A stretch of 64,000 nt of DNA from an uncultured Pseudomonadales bacterium (GTDB taxonomy: Bacteria > Patescibacteriota > Microgenomatia > UBA1400 > RBG-16-45-19): NCBI GenBank assembly GCA_964441155.1, contig CAYYKL010000001.1, positions 152,393-216,392 on the forward strand, written 5' to 3'. Positions 28,942-38,677 of the stretch are shown here, piece after piece. Every line of letters starts with the position of its first letter. Positions within the stretch are counted from its first letter, which is position 1. The notes under the pieces were generated by a model. The model was not told the origin of the DNA, made no database searches, and worked only from the letters and a program-made list of their open reading frames with translations. The translations under genes were made by a program, and so were the position numbers.

Positions 28942-30732
28942 ATGCATTACTTTATTAAAGAAAATTTTTATGGAGATCTTAATAACGATAATCAGCTCCG
29001 CTTGACGGGACCGGGAAATCATTTATTGTGCGGCTTGCAATTTCCACGAGATTTAGACGTTCAAATAGAGCGGGTAGAACTTGAAAACGAACAGTTTATC
29101 GTTGCTCTCAACATTCCCATTCAAGTGTTACGTCTCACGATACCGCTCGTCTGTGATATTAGAACACTTCGCTCGCACACGGAACAAAAAATTCCTCGCC
29201 CATCCTTTGAAGATTTGCTTAAGCAAAACATTGATGCGGTGATGCCTAGATTCTACCAATTATCAAGAAAAACAACGGGAAGTGAACTGCGATTTTGGAA
29301 TGAATATAAAGACCTTGATGCGCTCTATCATTATGGATGTACCATTCTTGTCTCCAAGGGAGATCAGGTATTCAGGAGGGGTAAATGGTTGAAAATTTCC
29401 ACCTCTAGGCCTTCAATTTCCATGATTGTGGTTGCCACAACCAATATTACGATTGATGATCCACTAAAGGGATCCCTTTTTCAATCTCACACACTCACGT
29501 CACAACAATCACTTGATCCCTGGATGGTCAAGCTTCATGAAACATTGGGATTAGAAATTGATCATCTTATCCGCACCAAAAAAACCAGCAGTTTTGAATA
29601 TGGCACCATATTCCCGCGGGATTGGATTGAAGCCGCTGATTTAGGTGAAGGCGATTTTACACCCGAAACTGTTGCTTATATGTACAACCAATCGATGCGC
29701 TATATCAACGAGAAAGGTGAGGGTTGGCATGAAGATATTATCGGCGAATACAAAACAAAACTAAGCGAAAGTGACACGCTCATTGACCGAAAAATGATTG
29801 ACATCGAACCTCATTACATTTTGGGGTTCGAACGATTACCTGCTGATTTTTTAGCACAAGACGAAATTCGTCAAAAAATGAAGCTCGTGGCTCATTTCAT
29901 CATGCAAAACGCTTCCCAACAAACATACATATCGTTTAAACGTTTGCCTCATGATGATGGCTACTATTTAGTCGGAAATTGGCGAGATAGCGCTGGAGCC
30001 TTTCCCAGGCAAAAATCACCCTTGTCCCCCTTCGATGTCAATTGTGTTTTTTATCCTCGAGCCCTAGAACTACTCCACAAACACGCAGGGTACTTTGACC
30101 TTGAAAATCACATCAAAAAGCTAGAAGAGCTCATTGACCGCTGGCAGCAACACAAGCTGAGATTTAGGCTCTATCATGACGATACTTTGATTGGCTACTC
30201 ACTTGCACTGCACGGCAAAAAAAATATTCCCTTGCCTCTAGCCCATCTCGATGAAGCATATGACTTATTTTACGGGCAACCCAGCATGGAAGAAGTGGAT
30301 AGTTTCGCGAGAAAATTAATTGATCCAGATTTTTTCTACACTCCCGTGGGTCCATTACTCGTAGATGCTGAAGACGATTATTTCAGTACACGTCAATACC
30401 ATGGCAAAGTTATTTGGCCAAAACAAACAGCGTTTGCAGTGGCGGGATTAGCCCGTCAACTCAGGTGGGGCTTGCAACAAGCATGGCCAAAACCAGTTAT
30501 GACCAGCATTAAGAAATCGATTCGCGTTACCTGTGAAGCAAGCTTTAGGGGATGGCGGGACTTAAATAGTGTACCTGAGCTATATTACTATGATCATGAG
30601 AGTCGGACGGCCAAATTTTATACCGATCAACCAGAATTTGAGGGACAAATGAGCCTTATTCAATTGTGGTCGGCAGTAGGCGGTAGACGAATTATCCGCG
30701 AATATGCAGAGGTAATTGGTAAAAACTCTTAA
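28942..30732 (+). CDS. (alpha/alpha)6-barrel glycoside hydrolase (amylo-alpha-1,6-glucosidase/GDE_C-like)
   Basis: IFPRDW, GNWRDS, YHGKVIWP, PELY, QLWSA motifs. Confidence 0.7.
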   Translation: MHYFIKENFYGDLNNDNQLRLTGPGNHLLCGLQFPRDLDVQIERVELENEQFIVALNIPIQVLRLTIPLVCDIRTLRSHTEQKIPRPSFEDLLKQNIDAVMPRFYQLSRKTTGSELRFWNEYKDLDALYHYGCTILVSKGDQVFRRGKWLKISTSRPSISMIVVATTNITIDDPLKGSLFQSHTLTSQQSLDPWMVKLHETLGLEIDHLIRTKKTSSFEYGTIFPRDWIEAADLGEGDFTPETVAYMYNQSMRYINEKGEGWHEDIIGEYKTKLSESDTLIDRKMIDIEPHYILGFERLPADFLAQDEIRQKMKLVAHFIMQNASQQTYISFKRLPHDDGYYLVGNWRDSAGAFPRQKSPLSPFDVNCVFYPRALELLHKHAGYFDLENHIKKLEELIDRWQQHKLRFRLYHDDTLIGYSLALHGKKNIPLPLAHLDEAYDLFYGQPSMEEVDSFARKLIDPDFFYTPVGPLLVDAEDDYFSTRQYHGKVIWPKQTAFAVAGLARQLRWGLQQAWPKPVMTSIKKSIRVTCEASFRGWRDLNSVPELYYYDHESRTAKFYTDQPEFEGQMSLIQLWSAVGGRRIIREYAEVIGKNS

Positions 30733-31337
30733 GTTACTAAGCTCGCGCCTTTAGTGAGCAACGTGAGAGTATTTGATAACCCTGCTAGCGATTTTAGAAT
30801 AACTACATTTTTTGGCAACACCTTGACTTGATTTTGATTTGATGACAACCAAAGTAATTGAATTTCCGGAAAATATTGAATCTCAGGCACCATGACGTCA
30901 TCCACTAAAAATGTTGTTTTAGGAAAATGTTCGCGTATATAGCGCAACTTCCAATCTTGGCGCTTTTCTGAAATAGGCCTGGTAACAAGCGATGCTTGCG
31001 GAAAATGGTGCTTTGTTAACCACGCTTGAGTGATCTCCTGAAATACGTTTGAACGAGAAGTTATATAACAACTTATGGGATAGCTTTTATTTACCTTATG
31101 CAATAGATTAGCAGATCCAGGTTTAGGATCAAGCTCAAAGAGAAATTCACTCGATTCTAGAATATTAATAATTTCATTTTTCACTTCAACTCCTTGCCAT
31201 TGTGGAACATTTCCTGGTTGAAGAAATTTATTGTGTAGCTCTGCCACCGACTGAGCATGACCAAACAATTGATGTACTCGCTCAATCACTCGCAAAGCTG
31301 TAGCTGTTAAGGTGTCATCGATATCAATAGCCAGCAT
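30729..31337 (-). CDS. HAD-superfamily phosphatase (5'(3')-nucleotidase-like)
   Basis: Motif I AIDIDDTL, motif II YITSR, K, motif IV LVDD. Confidence 0.8.
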   Translation of the reverse strand: MLAIDIDDTLTATALRVIERVHQLFGHAQSVAELHNKFLQPGNVPQWQGVEVKNEIINILESSEFLFELDPKPGSANLLHKVNKSYPISCYITSRSNVFQEITQAWLTKHHFPQASLVTRPISEKRQDWKLRYIREHFPKTTFLVDDVMVPEIQYFPEIQLLWLSSNQNQVKVLPKNVVILKSLAGLSNTLTLLTKGASLVT

Positions 31338-31360
31338 GTTTTAGTCATTCCCTTAAAAAG

Positions 31361-32404
31361 CTATGCACGAGTCAATTCGCCCGCTAAATGTACATATGCT
31401 TTCGCCATTATTTTTGAACTAAATCGTGTTTCCACAATTGAGCGGCATTTTCTTGGGTCTATGCGGTCAACTTCATCGAGCTTCGACTTCATTTCCTCAA
31501 GTGAAGACACCAAGAATCCATTTTTCCCAGGCTGAATTAGCTCTGGCATAGACCCTCGAGGATTCACAATCACTGGTGTGCCACAAGCGTTTGCCTCAGG
31601 AACAACTAATCCAAATGGCTCTTCCCAGTTAAGCCACAGAAGCAATGCCTTGGCTTTGGCAAGCAATTTAGTTTTTCCCTCATGGTCAACTTCACCAATA
31701 AATTCTATTTGCTTGCCATCAATAAGTGGTGCTACTTCTTTCTCAAAGTATTCACGGTCAACCACATCCACTTTGGCAGCAATTTTCAATCGATGTGAAG
31801 TTGTCTTGATCATCTGACAAATTTCTTTTAAACCTTTTTCTGGCGACGTTCTGCCTAAAAACACAAAATAGTCGCGCTTGCCTTTGCCCACAGGAAATGC
31901 AGACACATCAATTCCGTTATAGATAGTATCTACCCAATTAAGTTGAGGCATGGCTTTGCGCTGGTTGTTGGAAATCGAGACATAATTGGCGTCTGGATTA
32001 TTTTCATAGCCATATTGTTCGTATTCAGATCCAAGTGGTCCATGCATGGTCGTGAAAACGGGACAATCAACAAACGACACAAACGGTAATAACCGCCAGC
32101 CGAAATGATTATGCACCACATCTGGCTCAAGGTCTCTAATCTGTTTCAAAATTGTCGACAAGTGATACAGCTTGAGATAATTTCTCCATGAAGAATCAGC
32201 AGGAGGTGGAAATGCCTTACGCAGTGAAACCGGTACGATAGAGACTAACTGAGCTGAGACAGTGGAATCACCTGTTCCCAATAAAAAAACCTCATGACCA
32301 AGCTTAGTCATTTCTTCAACTAAGTTATAAACTACCAGCTCTGTTCCGCCATAGGTTTTGGGTGGAACTGGTTCTTCTAATGGTGCAATTTGCACTATGC
32401 GCAT
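31361..32404 (-). CDS. GT4 family glycosyltransferase
   Basis: APLEEPVPPKTYGGTE, FLGRTSPEKG, WEEPFGLVVPEANACGTPV. Confidence 0.92.
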   Translation of the reverse strand: MRIVQIAPLEEPVPPKTYGGTELVVYNLVEEMTKLGHEVFLLGTGDSTVSAQLVSIVPVSLRKAFPPPADSSWRNYLKLYHLSTILKQIRDLEPDVVHNHFGWRLLPFVSFVDCPVFTTMHGPLGSEYEQYGYENNPDANYVSISNNQRKAMPQLNWVDTIYNGIDVSAFPVGKGKRDYFVFLGRTSPEKGLKEICQMIKTTSHRLKIAAKVDVVDREYFEKEVAPLIDGKQIEFIGEVDHEGKTKLLAKAKALLLWLNWEEPFGLVVPEANACGTPVIVNPRGSMPELIQPGKNGFLVSSLEEMKSKLDEVDRIDPRKCRSIVETRFSSKIMAKAYVHLAGELTRA

Positions 32405-32418
32405 AGATACTCCATTAA

Positions 32419-33759
32419 CTAATTTGGTACATAGTCGTATTTTTGTTTGCCACCAAGTGTGTTTGAGAGAAAATAATTATCGTTAATCCATTGATTATAG
32501 GAAAAATGCTCTGTTTCCAATAACACCGAATCATACACCTCTCTAAATTTTTTCGCCTGAGTCTCCCAACCAAATGAGTCAACAATCGTTTGACGAGCGT
32601 TTTGCGCAATTGAGGCGCGATATTCAACGTCAAGCGCAAGAGCCCTCAAATATGTAGCGATAATAGCTGGTCTTTGAGGATTAACTAAAATACCATTGCG
32701 GTTTTGGGAAACGATGCCGCTCGCACCTCCCGTGTTGCTGGCAATTGAGGCAGTTTCTGATGCCATAGCCTCCAAAAGCGTAAAACCGTAGGGTTCATTA
32801 TCAGACAACATCATAAATATATCTGCTGCCGTATAGGCAAGATTTACTCGATCATGTGATAAAGCGTCATGCAACTTGACGTAGTCGGACAGATCTAGCG
32901 CATGAATTTTCTCAGTCAGACTTTGGGCGAATTTTTTTTGCCGAGACGTCATCTGGTGTGAATTGCCTGAGTAGATATGTAATTCGAATGGCTTTGAGTA
33001 AATCTGCCGAAATACATGCGCTGATTCAACGGCATGATCAAAACCTTTCGTGGGTTCCATTCGACCAACGCTGAGTAGCATGAGTGGTTTTTGTGGTAAT
33101 CTAAGTCTTTTGCGTGCCTCATGCTTGCTCATGGGAGCGAAATGATTAATATCTATTCCAGGAGGCACTACACTTGCCTTATCCTCACCGAGTGCGTACT
33201 GATCTTTTAACACTTGTTTTTCGCGCTCACTGGAAATTATTAGCTTATTAGCAGCAAGGATCGTGTAATTTTCCCAAACCAGCCTGGGAATGAAATTATA
33301 CGTATTTTCGTTATCGACGTTACGGAAATTGGTTCGCTTTATTGCCCCCAATGAATGAGGCGTCCATACAAGTGGCACGTACTGGGAATGAATTTTTTTG
33401 AGCTGTAGCGCAGCCTTCCCCCCATCCCAATAATGAGCGTGAATGAGCATATTTTCTTGCCCTCGCAAGTATTGGCTTAGCTTGGCCGCAAACTCAGGCA
33501 GAACTGGTTCAAATAATTCTTTAGGAATAAAGCCACTTCCTCCAGCAGTTATGCGCTTAATTACATAACGATCACTCACTTTGCTTAACGCTTTACGCTT
33601 TCCTACTTGGCGACAGAACGTCGTCACCGTAAGGTCGTCATATAAAGCGACTAAAGCTTGAGCCAGTTGATGTTCATAAACGCACTGGCCTCCAGCATCT
33701 TGCTCTCCAAGATCAGCTTCAGGATCACTATGGGGTGACAAAAAAATGAGATTAAGCAT
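32419..33759 (-). CDS. GT4 sugar-phosphate synthase-like glycosyltransferase (sucrose-phosphate synthase / MfpsA / MshA group)
   Basis: LGEQDAGGQCVY, HAHYWDGG, WTPHSLG, VGRME..KG, EPYGFTLLEAMA; start at ATG 33759 is supported by the promoter position. Confidence 0.8.
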   Translation of the reverse strand: MLNLIFLSPHSDPEADLGEQDAGGQCVYEHQLAQALVALYDDLTVTTFCRQVGKRKALSKVSDRYVIKRITAGGSGFIPKELFEPVLPEFAAKLSQYLRGQENMLIHAHYWDGGKAALQLKKIHSQYVPLVWTPHSLGAIKRTNFRNVDNENTYNFIPRLVWENYTILAANKLIISSEREKQVLKDQYALGEDKASVVPPGIDINHFAPMSKHEARKRLRLPQKPLMLLSVGRMEPTKGFDHAVESAHVFRQIYSKPFELHIYSGNSHQMTSRQKKFAQSLTEKIHALDLSDYVKLHDALSHDRVNLAYTAADIFMMLSDNEPYGFTLLEAMASETASIASNTGGASGIVSQNRNGILVNPQRPAIIATYLRALALDVEYRASIAQNARQTIVDSFGWETQAKKFREVYDSVLLETEHFSYNQWINDNYFLSNTLGGKQKYDYVPN

Positions 33760-33799
33760 GGCTGTAAAGCAAATTTCGTCTAATAAACACACCGACGCA

Positions 33800-33854
33800 A
33801 TCTTATGCCAACTCAGCCATACCAATAGTAGTAGTAATGTAAGAAATTAATAAA
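33800..33854 (-). promoter_or_regulatory. Direct-repeat box plus -10 of the GT4-GT4-HAD operon
   Basis: TTTATT-aattt-CTTACA, 32 nt, TAAGAT. Confidence 0.55.
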
Positions 33855-33920
33855 AAATGAAGTCAGAGGATAATACTAAAACTCAAACTTTTATGAGCAA
33901 AAGAGTGTAGAAATGAGAAG

Positions 33921-34940
33921 TTACTTGCCAAAAATGGCGACGTAAAAGCCATCTTTGCCTGAAATACATCCATGAGTGAAGTCATTTGAGAGCTGAGCTT
34001 CGCGGTGACCTTCAGTTGAGGTGTCCCAACCCCATTCAATGACGTGGTTTGGATATTGCGCGCTCGGCCAATACGCCAAGTTTTCGGCGATCAAATTTCG
34101 CTTGGTAATCTCGAATAACGAGCCACTATCTCCATCACGTTTAAACCCTTCATGTGCATCCAGTGGGTATTTATCGGGATTTGGGTAATCTGCTTCTTCT
34201 CGCGTTGCCATCATGCTTATGTGTTCATCGACGCGCTTGCGTGCATAGACACATAAATTTTCATCCATTTCCAAAGTTGTTCGTTGATGAGCCTTGCGAT
34301 ATTCGCTGAGGGCCAACCAAATATCGCTTTCTGAAAAATTCTTTGGTTTGATTACTTGAACTGGAGCTGGAGTGGTAGTAATTACTCTCTCAACTATTTT
34401 TGGTTTCATCTCCTCTTGGCTAAAGTAACTTACTAGGAGTGTAACCAGTTCTTTGCCCGACGATTGCACGCATGCGTGCGAGTACTCGCTCGATTTAAGG
34501 GCTGCCACTACTTGTTCGTCAGATTGCAATTCAAGCACGAGCGCTTGGGTGCTCGCAGAGTTGCTCAAGCGCAGCACCATGTTTTTGTGACAATCTTTGC
34601 ACGTGGAAACAACGCTTTTGGCATCCTTTTGGACCGAAGCAGCAATGGCAGTAACTAAATCACAGGTTTTTGTGTCTGAGACATAGGGATTTAAGCCCCA
34701 TTTGCTTCGCAGAGCATTCAACGCTTCTTGGAATTCTGTTGCACTTGAATAATACATCGTTGCTTTTGCAGGCACTAGTTTTTCACGCAGTGCTTTGGGC
34801 ATCACAATTCCAAATCGCTCAACCAGAGATTGACGTAATCCTGTGAGTTCTTTCGCATATTTCACATTCAGAAACACGATGTTGAGACTGAGTAAAAAGA
34901 TTATAGCTAGTCGAATTATGGTTTTTTTTGATGGCTTCAT
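33921..34940 (-). CDS. Exported CAP/SCP-domain protein (degenerate N-terminal CAP plus C-terminal CAP)
   Basis: N-terminal TM; LNALRSKWGL.P; LSEYRKAH...L..DE.LC..A, AENLA, W..S..GHR..QL. Confidence 0.7.
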   Translation of the reverse strand: MKPSKKTIIRLAIIFLLSLNIVFLNVKYAKELTGLRQSLVERFGIVMPKALREKLVPAKATMYYSSATEFQEALNALRSKWGLNPYVSDTKTCDLVTAIAASVQKDAKSVVSTCKDCHKNMVLRLSNSASTQALVLELQSDEQVVAALKSSEYSHACVQSSGKELVTLLVSYFSQEEMKPKIVERVITTTPAPVQVIKPKNFSESDIWLALSEYRKAHQRTTLEMDENLCVYARKRVDEHISMMATREEADYPNPDKYPLDAHEGFKRDGDSGSLFEITKRNLIAENLAYWPSAQYPNHVIEWGWDTSTEGHREAQLSNDFTHGCISGKDGFYVAIFGK

Positions 34941-34952
34941 ATCACTAAACGC

Positions 34953-36809
34953 TTACATTTTCTCTAAGGGGTCGATACTCAATAGTTTCAAGCCATTACT
35001 GAGTATGAGCTGAGTCGCTCGGCACAATAGCAATCGTAACTTTGTTTTTTCTTCTTCGTTTTGGCCGTCTTTACCCAAAATAGAATGCTGATGATAAAAC
35101 GCGTTAAACCGTTGGGCCACAGAAAAAAGATAGGTGCATACTTGATGTGGTGCATGTGATGCGGCAGCATTTTCAACAATCTGCGGAAATTGATACAGCA
35201 CGCGCAACAAACTTAACTCAAGTGGGGCTAAGTCATTGCTATCTATTTCATCCAAGCTTGATGGATTAATGCCGCGCTCGCTCGCTTTACGCAACACACT
35301 TGCCAGGCGCGCATGCGTGTATTGCATGTATGGCCCTGAATTCCCTTCCATGGTCAACATTTCATCCCAGTCAAAGATAATGGAATGTTTTGGATCTCGT
35401 TTTAGATCGTTCCATTTCAAAGCTCCAATGCCAATAGAATCTGCTTTATTTATAATTTGCGAAAATTTTAGTGTTTTTTCAGGATTGTTCTTTCGACTAG
35501 TTTGAATATAGTCTTCACCATACTCAATATCATGCTTTCCAGTCATAAGTGAAAATGCCCTTTTATTGGCTTCCTCCAACACATCTTCTAACCAAATCGT
35601 ATTGCCTTTCCTTGTGGACATTTTTTTATCGTTAAACCGAATGAGCCCATGCCCCACATGCACACGCTGCTCTGACTTAAACCAACCAAGCATTTGTTCC
35701 ATTTCAAATAATTGTTGGAAGTAGAGCGTTTGTTCTGTACCTACTTCATTGATAATCAAATCTGGTCCATATGTTTCTTTTCTATATAAATCCGTCGCTA
35801 GATCTCTGGTGTGATAGAGTGTAGCTCCATCTTTTTTAAGAATCATGGCTGGCGGGTATTTGTCGTTGGGGAAAAACACGAGCTTGGCTCCCTCTTTACC
35901 CTCGGTTAACAGACCCTTTTCTTCTAGTGCAGCTATCACTGGTTGCATTTTGTCTTCAAAATAAGATTCACCCAATCCCCTTCCTTGGTTAAATTCGTTG
36001 GAAAAATTATTCACGTTGAGTTTTTTGTATAACGCTTCAAACTCTTTCCACGACCAATCGGCGCACTTGGTCCATAATGCTTTAGCTTCAGGATCGCCTG
36101 TTTCGAGTTTCTTAAACCATGCTCGTGCGGCCTCTTCCATTTCTGGATCATTTTCTGCTTTTTCGTGAAATTCAACGTACAAGGCAACCAAAACTTTTAC
36201 TGGATTCTCTGCCTGCTCAACCTCAATAATATTCGACTCAAGATTTCCCTTACCCAAATGCTTGAGTGCATAAATTTGCTTACCAAACTGCGTTCCCCAA
36301 TCGCCTACGTGATTGTCGCGCATGACTCGAGCCCCCGAAAATTCCAAAAGAGAAGCAATCGCGTCTCCAATTATAGTTGAACGAAGGTGTCCAATGGTGA
36401 ATGGCTTGGCAATGTTTGGTGAACTATATTCAACAATCACTGTTTTGCCCTCCCAAGTTTTGCTTTTGCCGTAGTCTTGGCCTAAGGCTACCGCTTGCTG
36501 AGCTTGATCGAGCAAATAAGCATTCGTGAACGTTAAGTTGATGAATCCCGGCGCAGCCGCTTCCACTTTAGCAATGATCTCGTTTTGAGGGATGTGATCA
36601 CAAAATGCCTGAGCAAGTGCCAGAGGCGATGCAAATGAAGTGTTTCCACCCGATCGAAGCAGAGGAAATGTTTTGAGAGCAATATTTGAACTAACATCTC
36701 CATGTTCTTCTACACTTGGATGATTAAGCTCGTAAGCCACTTGAGGCAAAAGCAACTCGGTTTTGGCTGCATCGATTAATTCTCGAACAATCGCTTGATA
36801 CGATTTCAT
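34953..36809 (-). CDS. argS: Arginine--tRNA ligase
   Basis: HGD.SSN, PGFIN, EYSSPNIAKPFTIGHLRS, KMSTRKG, GNSGPYMQY.HAR. Confidence 0.96.
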   Translation of the reverse strand: MKSYQAIVRELIDAAKTELLLPQVAYELNHPSVEEHGDVSSNIALKTFPLLRSGGNTSFASPLALAQAFCDHIPQNEIIAKVEAAAPGFINLTFTNAYLLDQAQQAVALGQDYGKSKTWEGKTVIVEYSSPNIAKPFTIGHLRSTIIGDAIASLLEFSGARVMRDNHVGDWGTQFGKQIYALKHLGKGNLESNIIEVEQAENPVKVLVALYVEFHEKAENDPEMEEAARAWFKKLETGDPEAKALWTKCADWSWKEFEALYKKLNVNNFSNEFNQGRGLGESYFEDKMQPVIAALEEKGLLTEGKEGAKLVFFPNDKYPPAMILKKDGATLYHTRDLATDLYRKETYGPDLIINEVGTEQTLYFQQLFEMEQMLGWFKSEQRVHVGHGLIRFNDKKMSTRKGNTIWLEDVLEEANKRAFSLMTGKHDIEYGEDYIQTSRKNNPEKTLKFSQIINKADSIGIGALKWNDLKRDPKHSIIFDWDEMLTMEGNSGPYMQYTHARLASVLRKASERGINPSSLDEIDSNDLAPLELSLLRVLYQFPQIVENAAASHAPHQVCTYLFSVAQRFNAFYHQHSILGKDGQNEEEKTKLRLLLCRATQLILSNGLKLLSIDPLEKM

Positions 36810-36892
36810 ATAAGTTTCTCTAGATATACAATCGCATTATATCGTAATCTGAATCTGCTTGGGGATTGGAATCCATCAAACGCAAGATCTGC

Positions 36893-37705
36893 TCAGGCTA
36901 GCTCAGCGGCACCACGGGCTTCGATGAATCGCATAGGTTGTGCTTGATTCCACACAAAATCAAATAGCTGTTTTTGCATGGTAGCAAGCTGCGAGTTATA
37001 TATTTCCACCGCAAAAATTGCATCATTGTGATAGGTATACGTCGCGTAGACATTGTTATAAATTAGTACTTCGAATTCGATAGTAAGTTTTTTCGGATCT
37101 ATATACCGATACTGCGAAAACTGTTCAATCATTTGAGTCACATCGGTAAATCCAGGAAGTTTTAGGTGATTAGTTAAGTCAAGAGTGGTAATTTTTTGCT
37201 CCACGAGTTTCGCACGAATGCTTTCAGCGAATTCCACAGGCAAAAACTGCGATAAATGCGCCATTTCAAAAACTCGAATCGAGTCTACCGCTTTGGTGAT
37301 GTTGAAGCTCACCTGTTTTAATCCCTCAATGCCCTCGTAATACAATACTTTTGAGTCTTGTTGATTCGATTGCATTAAAGCTTCCAGCTTTTGAGTCAAT
37401 TCCGGCAATTGTTCTAGCATGGTACGCGAAACTTCTTCTTGTTTAGCGGCAATATCTTTAAAAACTGTAGGATGCACTGCACCAAAGCGCATGCCACGGT
37501 CATCGAGTTTTTGTTCAATCAATCCTTTAGATTTGAGTTTATCGAGAAGGCGATAAATCTTGGTTCGGGCAATTGATAATTGTCGGCTGAGTATTAGTGC
37601 GGAGCTAAATCCAGTTTTTAGCAAATAAAGGTATACACTGCTCTCCTCTGCGGACAGTCCAAAGGTTTGTATGAGTGGTGAAATAGTGTCTGCTTGTTCG
37701 GACAT
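36893..37705 (-). CDS. TrmB-family transcriptional regulator
   Basis: N-terminal wHTH (FGLS.EE..VY..LL..G...IARTKIY..L..L..KGL), YYEGIEG; TACAAT 8 nt before ATG 37705. Confidence 0.8.
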   Translation of the reverse strand: MSEQADTISPLIQTFGLSAEESSVYLYLLKTGFSSALILSRQLSIARTKIYRLLDKLKSKGLIEQKLDDRGMRFGAVHPTVFKDIAAKQEEVSRTMLEQLPELTQKLEALMQSNQQDSKVLYYEGIEGLKQVSFNITKAVDSIRVFEMAHLSQFLPVEFAESIRAKLVEQKITTLDLTNHLKLPGFTDVTQMIEQFSQYRYIDPKKLTIEFEVLIYNNVYATYTYHNDAIFAVEIYNSQLATMQKQLFDFVWNQAQPMRFIEARGAAELA

Positions 37706-37744
37706 CACTTTGCATTGTAATGGTCTCTCCCCTAAAATTACACT

Positions 37745-38620
37745 ATGAATTCGAAACAAACCTTAGGAATTGCTAGTATCTTGGGTTCCGCATTTTTGTA
37801 TGGCAGTTATGGGGTGTGGTCCCAGCTTATGGTCGGAGGCTTTGGTGAATTCAATCAAGCCTGGATTCGCGCAGCCATTCTGCTGGCACTGTTAATTCCC
37901 TACGGCTTGCTCACTAAATCATTTAAACGAGTTGCTCGGGCTGATTGGAAATGGTTTGCCATCATATCGATAGCTGGTGCTTTCAATCAAGCACCCTATT
38001 ATTACGGTTTTCGCCACTTAGATGTGGGATTGGGAACTCTGCTGTTTTACGGCGCCCTGACAATCGGCGCATTTATCATTGGCAAATTCTTTTTCGGTGA
38101 AAAAATAACTCGAATTAAGTTGATTGCCCTTATTTTGGGAGTAATTGGATTACTCGTTATGAGTGGCGTGAATGCTTCCGGCTCACATCTCTTAGCTGCA
38201 CTTAGCGTTGTCGCAGCTGGATTCATGGGAGCTATATATGTTGTTTTCACCAAAAAGTTATCATCTCGTTACAGCGAAGCACAAATACTATCGATCTTAT
38301 TCTCGTGCATGCTTCTAGCTAATGGATTTATCAGTCTCTATATCAGCGAGCCTTTATCTACATCAATTATTTCTGTTGCCTGGAGAGCACAAATTGGTTA
38401 TGCAATTACTCAGCTTGCTGCCAGCGCACTCGTGATCAAGGGCTTCTCTCTGCTTCAGCCGGCAATTGCCGCCCTCTTGGGCTTAACTGAAGTTATTTTT
38501 GCCCTACTTCTTGGCATGATCATTTTCGGTGAGAAACTAACTCCGTCAATTATAGTCGGCTCACTCTTGATCCTGACCGCCGCAGCATTACCGCAGGCAA
38601 GCAAACTTTTTCGACGATAA
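37745..38620 (+). CDS. EamA/DMT family transporter
   Basis: 10 TMs in two repeats, FFGEK, L...EVIFA...G..IFGE. Confidence 0.88.
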   Translation: MNSKQTLGIASILGSAFLYGSYGVWSQLMVGGFGEFNQAWIRAAILLALLIPYGLLTKSFKRVARADWKWFAIISIAGAFNQAPYYYGFRHLDVGLGTLLFYGALTIGAFIIGKFFFGEKITRIKLIALILGVIGLLVMSGVNASGSHLLAALSVVAAGFMGAIYVVFTKKLSSRYSEAQILSILFSCMLLANGFISLYISEPLSTSIISVAWRAQIGYAITQLAASALVIKGFSLLQPAIAALLGLTEVIFALLLGMIIFGEKLTPSIIVGSLLILTAAALPQASKLFRR

Positions 38621-38677
38621 AATCTTTACCAGTCAAAAACTTTGAGAGCACGTTGGAAAAAAAGCGTCAAATCCCGT

